Positions 52,401 through 63,929 are shown, counted from the first letter of the whole stretch. The stretch: DNA of 63,929 nucleotides, filler included, from Choristocarpus tenellus KU-1152 (GCA_964200185.2; 9 parts of 9 records of this genome joined end to end with filler, not necessarily neighbours in it), one strand, 5' to 3'. A program made the numbers and translations. The notes: generated by a model from the letters alone, not told the origin.

Positions 52401-54500
52401 ACAATTAACTACAACTTGTACATTTTACTAACATTTGTTGGGTTTAACACTCCTACTAATCATCAGATCGTCTCCTCCCTCAAATCTTCCATTGGACCTG
52501 GCCCGAATTTCCATCTTATTTTCATTCAGTGTCTTTGTGGTATAGGCACAGACAGTAATGCAGGTGCACAATCTGTTGAAGCTGCCACTTCAATTAACAT
52601 AATCGAGAACACTGAATTCAATCGACTATACACTGCATTACCCACTGTGCAACCAAGGCATATCAGTGTGATGGAATACAAGATGATCCTTTTTGAAACA
52701 TGCAAACATAATCGCTGCATTCTAAAGGTAATGTAACAAAGCATGTGTCTATAAATAGTGCTGCTGATACACCATAGACATCACCAATGGAGTAAATAAG
52801 TGAAGGTGGAGCCAATCATGTGCCACTTACATGTTTCCACTTATTTCCAGTTTAGTTCTACCCACCGATCATATATTGTTTGTAGATGGTAACAAATTAT
52901 CCATTCAAGTATCGTATGATAGTTTTGATTGAGTGACAGCATTATTTTCTGGTTATCCATGGACAGCACGATTCCCACATGGTAATCCACACTTGTCTTG
53001 GTCCAACTGCTTCAGTCAGCTAAACCGAGATCACACTCCTCTTGTAATTCTAACACATTCACATTCACATCACATCACAAATTGTCGTATGCCAACGCAA
53101 ATCATAGATATCCTTAACCACAGGTCCAGAGTGGGAAACTTGAACAAAATGCAAAAACGAAACTACAAAGATATATGCAGACATCATACTGCACTAAATC
53201 ATCAAATTTGACCTCCTACCTCATTTTCAAAGACTAAGGTCCTGAATAAGGGAATATCTTGAAGGGAAGAACAGTATGATGCGAACACACCATGAGACGT
53301 TCCTGAATCCTGAAGAAAACAATTTCACATCAAGCTCTTCGTGCAGACTCTTCTCAAAGTTTTGCCATGTTACCAGGATTCACATTCTGTTCATGGATCG
53401 TTCAGAAACTGTACCATCCCACCAGGCATGTTGAATTTGGATATTTGCTTCGAATTAAGTCGGACATTGTTGTACGATACACAAGAGTCAAAGTATCTGG
53501 GGGGGTGGGGAGGGGGGTCTACACCAGGGTGTCCATTTGGACCATAACCAGGAAAGTGCACTTACATAATCCATCTGACGTATGCAACCAAATCACCAAA
53601 ATCGCGACATGACAAATCCAAGTGCTAAGGACATATCCAAAAGCCAAAGTGCAGGATACTCTACACTTCATCACAACAGGACCAACCCTCTACCACTAAA
53701 CACACTCAAACATACCATTTTTGTCCAATACCTGGTCAAGGCCCAAATGGACACCCTGGGCTAGACACACACACCACCTCCAGATACTTTGACCCCAAAT
53801 GTAGGCCAAGGAATCAACTTCATTCAATCACAAATAACTTGCGATATTTCCAGTCTTTTTATCACCAGTGTCGCCACACAATACGGGGCACCACATACAA
53901 TTCAGATGTTAGGTTGGTCCATATCCCTTGGAAAATGATAATTCGGTGCATTATTGGCGATGTGTGTGTCACGTTGAGAGGGCCACTGTGCTGTGGAGAC
54001 CAGCAAAGATGCATCTATTGCTAACAGTTCCGCCTTACCAATTCTTGCTGTACAAGATCATTTCTCACATATGTGCCTCATGTAGATGTACATGCAAGAC
54101 ATGCACAATGGTACTACTGAGTTGATGATGGAGAGCAAAACGTGAGGAGCAGTATTTTCATGGTGCTTTGCTGAGTGTTTACAACGGCTCCTGAACTGTT
54201 TCTCTTCACAGCACTTGCCGTGCCTCTATACTGTTGGCTGCTGCTTATCATATCATTGGTACTCTGAAGCAACACACTTGGCACATTCACAACTATCAAG
54301 ACCAAAGGTTCACTGCTGATGCTAGCTATGATTCTTGTCACCATTCTTTCAACCTAACTAGATAATCATATGGTTCGAAATCAATGATCATACCAGAGAA
54401 TATGTGCTCACCTAGGTAACATTCGCTGTCGGAGGGCCCGGCGCAGCATTTCCCATCCCGACAGTACTCCAGAGCTTGGGAAGCATGGAGTAAGAGTTGC
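49477..54500 (-). CDS. Possible multi-exon membrane-protein gene, not identified
   Basis: Several minus-strand segments with plausible splice sites and hydrophobic content (IVLCGLFMMIFFALVIVIPYG...EGF* near 49477-49589; EVLANWAIGLISAISGLFSNIA near 52045-52110; IILYSITLICLGCTV near 52642-52690; an acidic segment at 51473-51678). I could not build a complete phase-consistent model. Confidence 0.35.
50048..50227. mobile_element. MITE family B, full length; TSD atca/gtca
   Basis: gactcaaagtatctggagg ... cccagatactttaggtc. Confidence 0.9.
51018..51272. mobile_element. MITE family D copy; TSD agtg
   Basis: caacaaagtaggagagaggtacccaggg ... cctgagtacctctcgtttacttcaactc, with agtg on both flanks. 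Confidence 0.75.
53485..53795. mobile_element. Family B variant or chimera with the same B end on both sides and a different ~125-bp interior
   Basis: Left gagtcaaagtatctgggg...gtctacaccagggtgtccatttgg; right ccaaatggacaccctgggctagac...ccagatactttgaccc. Confidence 0.75.
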
Positions 54501-54661
54501 AGGTGTGATTGTGCCAAGGTGTATACAGAGAACAGGTGAAACAAGAAATATTTTCAATAGTGACGTGAAGTAGAACTACTCTGAGAGGAGGATTTAAAGA
54601 GACCCAGAATAATGACAAGGACTAGTGACATTGGAAGAGCACATTTTTTGTCATTGATTGC

Positions 54662-54932
54662 GGTCCACAGTATCTTAGAGGGGGGGTCATTTAGCCTAGA
54701 TTGTCCATTGGGGACTTGATGGGGTGTTGTAAAATACCCCAGTTTGATGCCCATTTTTCTGGTGATTTTCATTTGGATTTGGTTCAGGCAAGGGGATGGA
54801 ACATGGAGGTGCTTTGAGATAAAGGAAACCGCCCTCACATATCACACGTCCACCCAGATGACATGGAAATCACTACGGATTCACACAGGCCACGAGTGGA
54901 CACTTGCCCCCCCCTCTAGGATACTGCGGACC
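54662..54932. mobile_element. MITE family C (single copy here, ~270 bp)
   Basis: ~25-bp TIR ggtccacagtatcttagaggggggg / cccccccctctaggatactgcggacc sharing the AGTATCTTAGAGGG core of family A; unrelated interior; no clear TSD. Confidence 0.75.
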
Positions 54933-55603
54933 TAGGATATTATCACTTATCTGGAAATTGTGCCTGGTACGATAAAGATACTATAGGAGAGGTAGTGACA
55001 AAGTTGCATGACAACCAAGTTGCACCTGAACGTCAGATATATCAGGGAGGCGTTCATCAATATGGCCCTTAACAGCCTTCCTAAACTTTTCCTAAACTCT
55101 TGCTTGAATAGCCAGGAAAAGATAAGAGCAACACAGGGCGGGGATTCCAACAGACTCTTAAGAAGAGTAGGTAAGGTCACGTTGGTTTGATTCAAGCACC
55201 TAATAGTCAGGAAGTGAGACCAACTACCTCGATGGGGCCCACCTACCAAAGGCACAACAGCTCAGCTAATGACTGAATGTCAAGGCCTCTATTCTTAGAT
55301 CACCTTGTTTTGCACGAATCAACACAACCCACACATACAGCCCACCTTTCCTTGGTCACGGGCAGAGGATAGTGTGTAAGACGATATTTCTATGGGCACT
55401 CACTTGTCCCACAGGTGTTGTCAATGCTGCAACAATACCCACTTGAGCAGGGACCATCCGAACAGAAGGGACGCGTTTCCACGCTGACATTGCCCTCAAC
55501 CCCNNNNNNNNNNNNNNNNNNNNNNNNNNNNNNNNNNNNNNNNNNNNTTAATTAATTAANNNNNNNNNNNNNNNNNNNNNNNNNNNNNNNNNNNNNNNNN
55601 NNN

Positions 55604-58600
55604 ATATCATATGAAGGGTAAACCTTGGGTGTGGAGACATCCGACTCTGTTTGGCCTATATTACGGCAGAGTGGGGCTAGTGGAAGTGGCGTTTCATCCA
55701 ACATAAATTCCTCCAACCGTGTCCGTGATAACATATCCGGAATGTAGTGTAAACGTTCCGACTTATGTAAAACTGTGAAGTCAAAAGCTTGTAAGGCTAA
55801 GGCCCACCTGGTCAACATATTGGAAGTATCTTGCATTGTATGTAACCAACGCAATGCCGAATGATCACTTACAACTGTAAAGTGCTTTCCCCAAATATAT
55901 GGGCGCCAATGTGTGATGGTTAAAAAGAGCACTATGGTAGGCTACAATTTGGAAACTATCATCCTCATTGTTATGTGCCAAGAAAGCTCCCATGCCAACA
56001 TCGCTAGCGTCCACGTGAATAAAGAACTCTCGAGTAAGTACTGGAAAGCTTAACACTGGCGCTATAGTTAATAGACTTTTTCACTCATCAAAATAATTTT
56101 GCTGTGTTCGTCCCCATAGTTGAGATAGACGTTTGTCCTTTCCAGCCTTTCGTACTTTTCCTTGTAAGTGACACCAGGGGCTCAGTTATTGTAGTCAAAT
56201 GGGGAATATATTTCCTAACAAAGTTCATGGAACCTAGAAAGGATTGTAATCCCTTCACAGATTTAGGGACTTTCAGAGCGGCAATAGCCTACATTCGATC
56301 TGGTGACACAGCAATACCACTAGGGCTGACTTCATGTCCCAAATAATGAATTGATTTTGAGTCAAATTGGGCTTTAGCAGGGTTTGAGGGTGACTCCTAC
56401 TTGCTGCAGTAATGACAATACGTTCTCAAGAAGTTGGATATGATGGTTCCACGTTGAGGAGGTTAGTACAATATCGTCAAGATAAATCAGTAAGCCCATA
56501 CTCGGTCCTAGCGTTGAAAAAGTTTCAGACATGAAGCGTTGATATATCCATGGTGCATTAGCAACACCAAAGGTAGCCTTTTGAATTCGTATTTTCCATC
56601 CGGTGTGACAAAGGTAGTTTATTGGCGCTCGTTAGCGTCGGTGATGGGTAGTTGCCAGTAGGCTGACTGAACGTCAAGACATGACAGGTATTTTGCTCCC
56701 CCTAGTGTACCCAAACAATCTTCCATAGATAGTAACGGTCAGGAATTACGTACCAGATTTTTGTTCAATGAGAGCCTAAAGTCTACACAGAATCGAGGAG
56801 ACCCATCAGGTTTTGTCACTATGGTTACTGGTGCCGCCCAAGGACTTGAGGAGGGTTGAATTATTCCCTGATTTTCCATGTCCTCCACACAACTACGTAT
56901 TGTTTCACATATTTTGGGGGCGGTCCGATATGGTGGACGATTCACAGGGATTGTACCTGGTTTAAGTGGAAATTCAACACTGGTATTATTGCAACAGCCT
57001 AGTTCCTCAGAAGTGAGTGGAAATACAGGTCGATATTTGGCAACAAGGTCAATTAGTTCTTCTTGTTCCTTATCAGATAATACTGTATCTACCTGGGCTT
57101 TTTTACCGAAAACTTCTTTTAACTCTTCACGGGCTTGTTCAAGCTCCTCTGGAGTGTTCGGGGTAGCCGCTATGGTACTGGTCTGTGTTTCAGAAAGGGT
57201 ATGATTTTGATCCACTGGTGCTATATGACCTACAACAAATTGAGGAGATATCTTACACTATGGTTGGAAGGGTTGGCAATTTTGTCTAGGCAAGATCCAT
57301 CCTCTTCCCAAACAGTTAAAGACCAACTGACCTTGATATCTTTCTATGGAGAGTGGTGCTGTTCCTGGTTGATGAAGTCCATGCTCGTCCTGACAATGGG
57401 CTCCACTACAGTATCTTTGGTTGATCCAGGTAAGGCCTGAGAACACAATGAAACAACAGGTTCGGTTCCCAGAGGTAAATATATTTTTTCTTACATGTAC
57501 AGGTGTGGTGAACTCAGTTGAAACTGTAGCCACTGTCATGTTTGTTGCAAAGGTTAGGGCAGTATTTTGACTGGTGGTTGATGGATTAACAATGGGTATA
57601 GGAGAAATTTTATGAGTGGCTGGGATGCGAACTGTGTTCCCAGAAAATGTTATTTCTTCTCTGTACCAATCCTGAGCGAAGTATCTTAGAGGGTACAAGT
57701 TTTGCCCCATTTGTCCATTTGGGGGTTGGCTCCCCATGTTTTTTTTAATGACATTTTCCTACTCCAAAATGTTTCGGAGTAGGTAAAATGCGTAAGTTAT
57801 GAAAAGGTGTGTCTGGAACAAGGATATAGACACTTAGCAAAAATGATAGCCAAAATTACATCAAAATCGCAACATTGGATTTGGCCCCCAATTGGACACG
57901 GCTCTACCCTCTAAGAAAATTTGACTCTCCAACTTCGCTCCAAAAGCAGCCATGATACTATTGTCCAAAAGTATTTCATCAACACCTAGGGATGGTAGAA
58001 CAACTGCTTGAACAGGTAGTGTTTTATTTCCCAAGGTTAATTGAAATTGAATAAAGCCATGTAATTGCAAAGGTCTTCCCCCAGCTCCTCTTAAATGTAA
58101 GGCACCATCTTGTATAGAACTGCTATGAGCAGAACAAAGGGTGGGATGAGCTTGCAAGTAACGATAGCTAATGACCGGAATGTCAGTTGCGGTATCAACT
58201 GTGATGTGTGAAACTGAATCATCATCAATTTTGCAAGGAATCGATACTCGACGAGATGAAACCTGCAAGGTACAAGGGTATTGAGAGTAATGTTGAATTG
58301 CAGATGTATGCCAACACACTGACTCGGTGCAACACACGCTCGATGCTACGAAGTCTTCACCCACTGTTCCAATAAATTTGGAAGAATGCTTCACTGCTGA
58401 GGATGTTATTGCATTAGCAAAATGAGGGTGAGGCAGTGGATTGTAATTTGGCCATTTTGAGTGATTATCCTTTGTAGTTTGTTCACTGCAGAGTTGGAGC
58501 CCAAAGAATTGTTAGAATGATATGATTGAAGACAGTGTTTGTTCAAATGCATCATCAAGTGGCCGATTTGGTGAACAACTTGGTTGTCCACTTCTGGGTC

Positions 58601-58735
58601 GGATCCCAAAGAAAAATTGTAAAGATTTGGTGTAGGCAGGTGATGCCCATGTCTTGCTTTATTTAGCCTATCTGAGCGACAATTTGTCGCAACATTCCTC
58701 ACTACTGGTAAGGAAACCAATGGATGAACAACTCA
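55604..58735 (-). mobile_element. Decayed Ty3/Gypsy LTR retrotransposon gag-pol (protease, RT, RNase H; integrase beyond the contig end)
   Basis: Order on minus strand: aspartic protease ITVDTATDIPVIS (~58170-58207); RT PVNRPPYR...PSSSPWAAPVTIVTKPDGSPRFCVDFR and LIYLDDIVL (~56465-56493); RNase H FFIHVDASDVGMGAFL, WRPYIWGKHFTVVSDHSALRWL...LTRWALALQAFDFTVLH...PDMLSR. Many stops and frameshifts. Confidence 0.95.
57674..57927. mobile_element. MITE family A inserted into the Gypsy protease region; TSD tcct/tcca
   Basis: Removing the element and one 4-bp TSD copy restores the frame ...MAAFGAKL-D-WYREEITF. Confidence 0.92.
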
Positions 58736-58740
58736 TAAAT

Positions 58741-58810
58741 GGCTCAAAGTATCTGTGAGGGGGTGGCGGCTGTCCATTTGGGGTCAATTTTTCATGTCAC
58801 GATTTTTAGG
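58741..58810. mobile_element. MITE family B end, cut by contig break
   Basis: ggctcaaagtatctgtgagggggtggcggctgtccatttggggtcaatttttcatg. Confidence 0.88.
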
Positions 58811-59041
58811 NNNNNNNNNNNNNNNNNNNNNNNNNNNNNNNNNNNNNNNNNNNNTTAATTAATTAANNNNNNNNNNNNNNNNNNNNNNNNNNNNNNNNNN
58901 NNNNNNNNNNCCCCCCGTGCCACCACATTTCTTGCCTCCCCCGTCCCCAGTAACATCCACTCTTTCCATCCTCTTTGCTGTACCTAATCATTCAGCATTA
59001 CCTTCTGTTTCTCCTGTCAAGACCCTCTCGCCTGTTCTTCA

Positions 59042-61566
59042 CTATCTATACCCCCTCTTGTCTTTGAATGCACTGCCATCAGTCTCACCTGTTACCCTAC
59101 CCTCTTCTATCCCATCTTTCCTAGCACCATCCTCTCTGCCCTCCAGCCCTACTGACTCAGAAGCTTGTGCTTTTCCAACATTGCCATCCCCTGAGGAGTA
59201 GGTGCTCTCCCCAACTTCATCACCAGTGCTAGCCAGGGCTGGAATAGAACCCGTGGTAGGTACGGAACAAACAGGACCTTCAATGGAGGGCAGTTCCTGT
59301 TGGACAGCTTGGTCCCCAAGGGTTGCAGCTGTTTCCGTTACGTCAGGCACCTCTTCTTCGAAAATTTTCACCTGGAAAACACCCAAAACAAACATGAATT
59401 AAACAATGGGTTCAGTCGTGTATAAAGAGCACACCAACCAGTAGTATGTTAAATAAATGACGACAAGTGATAGGTTAAGGCCAAAAATAAATCAAATCCA
59501 AATGTGACGGATGGTGTTAGCCGAGCCGGGGGGGAGGGGGGGCAACAAGGGGGACAACAAATTAGCAAACAGGACTATCATCTGTGGAATCCATTCACAC
59601 CAATGTCTGTGCCCCCTCCCTTCTATGAGCAACAATGTCTCTATCATGACTGCATCGCCATCAATGATGCAATGGCTTGTCACCTCACCTTTCCCTTTCC
59701 AACCTCCACGCTCACTGTCCTCCCAGGGAAGTCCCTCCACTTCAGACTCCCAAACACCACGGCGCCATCTTCGTCACCATTGCCATCAACTTTCCCAGGC
59801 CCCCCACCTCTCCCTCCCTCCAATAGCACCTCCAATTCAGAGCTCACCATGGGATCAAGAACAATTGGGCCAACCTACCATGGTACACCCACCCACCAGG
59901 ACCCAGGTCAGTTCATAAGGAGATTTTGTATGGGGTCAAATCACAAAGTGGAGGCAGGGTGAGACAGGGTGGATTAAAAGGAGGTGGATCAAATGGGGTT
60001 GAAGGTGGGATGTTAGAGGATTGCCTCAGGACTGGGGGAGGCTGGGGCAGGTTGACTCAATGATTTCCAAGTTTTGGGGAGGGTTCAAAACTGACAGTGG
60101 ATGGTTTCGTTGACATTGCCGCGACAGGATATACTACACTCCAAAATACTGGTTTGTTCCGACCATTTAGAACTGTATGACTCCCTTACATAATCACCAA
60201 CAGCAAATATTGCACTATACTGCTACTGCTACTACAGACACAACTACAAATAAAGCATCACCACTGTTGAAGTTGTGTACATGTTACGCAGCACAAAGAA
60301 CATTACTGAAAAATCGCACCAGATTTTCACTCCTCAAGACTATTTCACCCTTTCGAGCATTTGTTTTCACCTCTTCAAAAGAAAAGAAGGAAAAACGTTT
60401 CATACCTACTGTACACACCCTTGACTGCTCATCTTTGCACCTGCTCTAACCTTTGCCAATCACCTCTCTACCACCGTCCTCAACAAGCAAGTGGTTCGAA
60501 GCATACCAAAATTGGTCTCCTTTCACAAAAAGTCGGCAACCTGCAACTCCAATAGTAGGTCAGATACCACCATCACACACAAGGAACACCACAACATAAT
60601 TTCAGTAATTCACACCTATCAATCCTATCCCCAACAGGTACTGAACAAGGATTGGGAAGGGCAAACATGACTACAAGATACCAAAACTGAAAGAAATCAG
60701 AAAGACCAATTCAAGATGAGTCCGATTGATCTCTCCTCCAGCCTGCCTCATGTGTCCCCTCCCTGCTTTCCTCACTTCAGCAAATGCGACCTCTGGCTGC
60801 GCTTCCACTTGCATTCCACTTCTACTCTCCCCCCGCCTTTGCTCTTGTGAGTGCAGATGGTTGGGTTCAACGCCATGCAGCATGGTACACTTGATGCATA
60901 TGCGAGACCCTATGTCGTCAACAGTCGGAAGGTAGAACGGGTCAGCCACACCCTCGATCTCCCTGAAACCATGCCTCTCCGAAGACCGGAACCATACCAC
61001 CTTTCAAAAAAAAAAAAGAGGAAAAAAAAGACTGTTTGCAACACAGGCGGTAATAGTTTAAATAAACAGCAACAAACCAGTATGTATGTATATATAGGTA
61101 TCTATATATAGACATTTTATTTTTTATTTTTCAAGCAGCAAAGAGATCAACGCAAGAAAAAAAATGCCACGAGAGATGAAAAAAAAGACCTATCAAAAAA
61201 GGAGGGGGGGGTTTCAACTGTAACAACTTTCTGGATGAAGCACGCGGAGAAGAGGGGTGCACAAGAGGTAGAGAGATATAGACAGTGAGGGGGTACACAC
61301 GCCCCCAAGTCAGTCAGTCTGTTGGGGAGTGGATGAGAGCAGGGGGGTCAGGGGGCAGGCGAGAGTAGTGGCAGCATACGTGATGACAACGGCATCGCCA
61401 ACTCAGATACAGAAACAAAAGTGATTCCACACAATAGTGTTCAACACAGGAGTGGGGCAGAATGCCACGCTAGATAAGCAACTCTACAAGCATGCCTCCT
61501 TAAATACACTCACCTTCCTCCTACGGTAAAGAAGAACAGATGTCAATAACTGAATACTCTCTCCCA

Positions 61567-61602
<36 letters not shown>

Positions 61603-63905
61603 TCTCCTCCTCCCCCCCTTGGGTATAGTAAATTCTCCCCTTCAAGACGTTCTCACCTTCAGCAGTCGCTTGTCACCTGCCGTTCCAATAACCCTGCTCC
61701 TCTCACCCTTCCCCTCTCCTGCTCCATCACCGTCCCCATCGCCAGTCCCAACAGAGACCGCCTTCCTTGCTTTGGCAACCAACTTGACCGTGTGCAAAGG
61801 GGGCTCCAGAGCTTGAAGGTAGATGCTATGGAGTGCCTGCCTCAGCTCCAACACGGCTTCATAATCTTTTCCAGTTCAATTTTGTTAGTGTTAGTGATAC
61901 GTAGTCATTGTGCAAGAGAGAAAGGGTTCCAAGACATGAGGAGTCAACAGTGGATAGAGGTGACATTGGAGGTATACACCTACCACACTATGAGAGTGAA
62001 AGTGGGGAGCTGCAATTTGGAGGTGTGTGGGGAGTGGAGGTGATTTGGGACTGAAACCTGCCAAGCGGGAGCCAGGGTTCCCCAAAAGGGAAGTGACAAA
62101 AACATTGGAAAGCAACACAAAAAAGTCCCTGAAAAGGTGGAGCATGGCAATGGAAGGAGCAGCAGAAGCAAAGACAGGGACAAAACACCTATCAATGTCC
62201 GGCCAGCAAATGGCTGCCCATGATGAAAATAGGGCTTCAATATACATCATCCTACTACTTCTCACAAAAAATGAGAGATTGCCACAGACCGGGTGTTTGA
62301 TGGTTCAGTAAGGCGTATATTGCTCACGATAGAAGCTAAACCCAATACATCAATGGCAGTTTCTTCCAAACTCGCACAGTACTGCTCACTCAACCACAAT
62401 TCTGTTTACATTTTGTTGTCTGCCCTGTATGGCCCAGTGAGGCACAAGGTCACAGAATAACTATTGTCTCTGTAGAGCATGGTCTTCATATCTATAACCC
62501 ATACACAGCCTGGACACCCCAATCCCACAGCAAAATCCCCAACCAATTGACACTTACAATTCAACAACTTTTTTTACCTCTACCAACACATCCATCTGTC
62601 TCCCTTGCTCAATAAAACAAGATGACTCTGCCATGACCCAAGCACCAAACCAAACAGAGCTCTGTGTCCTCATAGCCCACTTCCAACCCCCCAGACTACC
62701 CTGGAGCTCCAACCTGATCACCACGACACTGGCCTCCAAGTCTCTATGAAAATACACCACCGTAACACTAAATACATAGCAACTCTTGAGGATATCTCAA
62801 ATCAAATAACTTCAAAATTGTCAAGGTTGGTGCTTGAACACCCAGGTAGTGAGTGCAATAGTAATTAGGGTTACTGGGTCGCTATTGCTTGGCGGTGAGA
62901 CAGGATACGACGCGTGGAGACACGTGCGTCAGCAACAAAGTACTCTATTTAGGGTTAGGGTTCACAAGACGATAGGTAAAGGGTGGACGAGACAGGCCTC
63001 TCCATACCCGCCTGTCTACCCGATTCGCTCTCTTCTCACGGGCGTTTGGATATAACAGCTGCTGTTAATGAACACAAAAACAACTGTGATGTTTGGTTTA
63101 TCCAGGACACATCAAATTCAACTTGACGTGCAGGATGTATGTCCTAGGACTCAGGCAATCGAACAGCTTCACAGTGTATTCAACATACATCCTCTATGAA
63201 TAGGTACCCACTGCTTTTTACTCTCACATGTGCAAGGCTAGTGTCTCATTATTATATAGAAGTGCACTAATATCTTGACAAAACCAAAGGCTGGGGCATT
63301 GCCCTGCTAAGGCTGTGGGTCTCCTCGCTGCTATTCTATGACCAATTCTCAAAAAATCCTCTCTATCTCCACATTCCCTGTCGATCCCCCAGCAGGGGCA
63401 CCTCATTTCAGTCTATTTATTCTTTATCCGATTTATGCAGGGGGTTGAAAAAACGACCCAAGACAGTCGGGGTTCAAACCTGCAACCTATGACTTCGTCA
63501 ACGTACTGCTCTTGATTGCATAGGGACAATCACCCTCAGGAACACAAACTCAAGAGTTCATGCCACAAAGCTCCAAAATGTACCAACAACAACAAACAGA
63601 ATGTCCCGTCGTCCCAGCCCTTTCTCCATCCTGAGAGGAAACACAAACCGCGCAACAAACATCAAAACCATCATACAAGTAAAGTGATGACACCTTTTAA
63701 CACCAACATCGACTATTTCCCCCCCCCCCAAAAAACCTACCTCGCCTCCCTTCATCCTCCTCTCTAGACGCAGTCAACGTCCATTCCTTAGGCCTAAGCT
63801 CCTTCATCCAACTCATCACCCTCTCCCGGTTAGATGCCAAAACCTTGGACGCCCCCTCCACCAACAATTTTCCTCCAGCATCCACCATTGCCCAATCATC
63901 ATCTA
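59042..63905 (-). CDS. Fragment of a multi-exon protein with an AIR9/SCAB-type Ig-like (A9-like) segment
   Basis: Phase-consistent chain 63741(end) -> 61657-61865 (YEAVLELRQALHSIYL...) -> 60776-61000 (VVWFRSSERHGFREIEGVADPFYLPTVDDIGSRICIKC...VAFAE) -> 59689-59874 (VGPIVLDPMVSSELEVLLE...) -> 59371 onward (VKIFEEEVPD...). The WFR...I.G....Y.PT.DD.G.R....C pattern resembles AIR9 A9 / SCAB Ig domains, from memory. The end of the last exon is uncertain. Confidence 0.65.
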
Positions 63906-63929
63906 GTTCCCCCCCCCCCCCCCCTCCCC

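Noticed and set aside
62700-62743. Extra exon (DLEASVVVIRLELQG) of the Ig-like gene
   Set aside because: Its open frame needs a phase-2 entry, but the upstream exon exits in phase 1 and joins 61865 directly in frame.

Overview
Eukaryotic, intron-rich genomic DNA, most likely an ochrophyte (brown-alga lineage or relative). That is an inference from a signal-peptide + 'A-F' plastid presequence, TTAGGG tracts and DD39D-type mariners. The window is not one locus. It is nine contigs joined by an artificial 100-bp spacer (44 N + TTAATTAATTAA + 44 N), so genes across spacers are not real neighbours. Host gene fragments: a giant SPRY-containing HERC1/HECTD4-like protein (349-18720, +), one LSH/DDM1-like SNF2 exon, a divergent pair (an MGQASS-start protein and a probably plastid-targeted class II PRPP synthetase), a kinesin-8 motor, the last exon of an SLC35F5-like transporter, a syntaxin SNARE exon and an AIR9/SCAB-type Ig-like domain protein. 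Mobile DNA: two decayed DD39D mariner transposases, a decayed Ty3/Gypsy gag-pol, and about 20 MITE copies. The best candidate for an undescribed system is that MITE set. Four families (A-D) with unrelated interiors share a G(A/G)nnnAAAGTA-like terminus, 4-bp target duplications are evident for A, B and D, and A and B have inserted into each other in both directions. This points to one Sola2-like transposase mobilising them all, but it is not encoded in this window. A second notable signal is strong CpG depletion in a gene body against a CpG-rich divergent promoter. I found no CRISPR array, intact RNA gene or prokaryote-like system.
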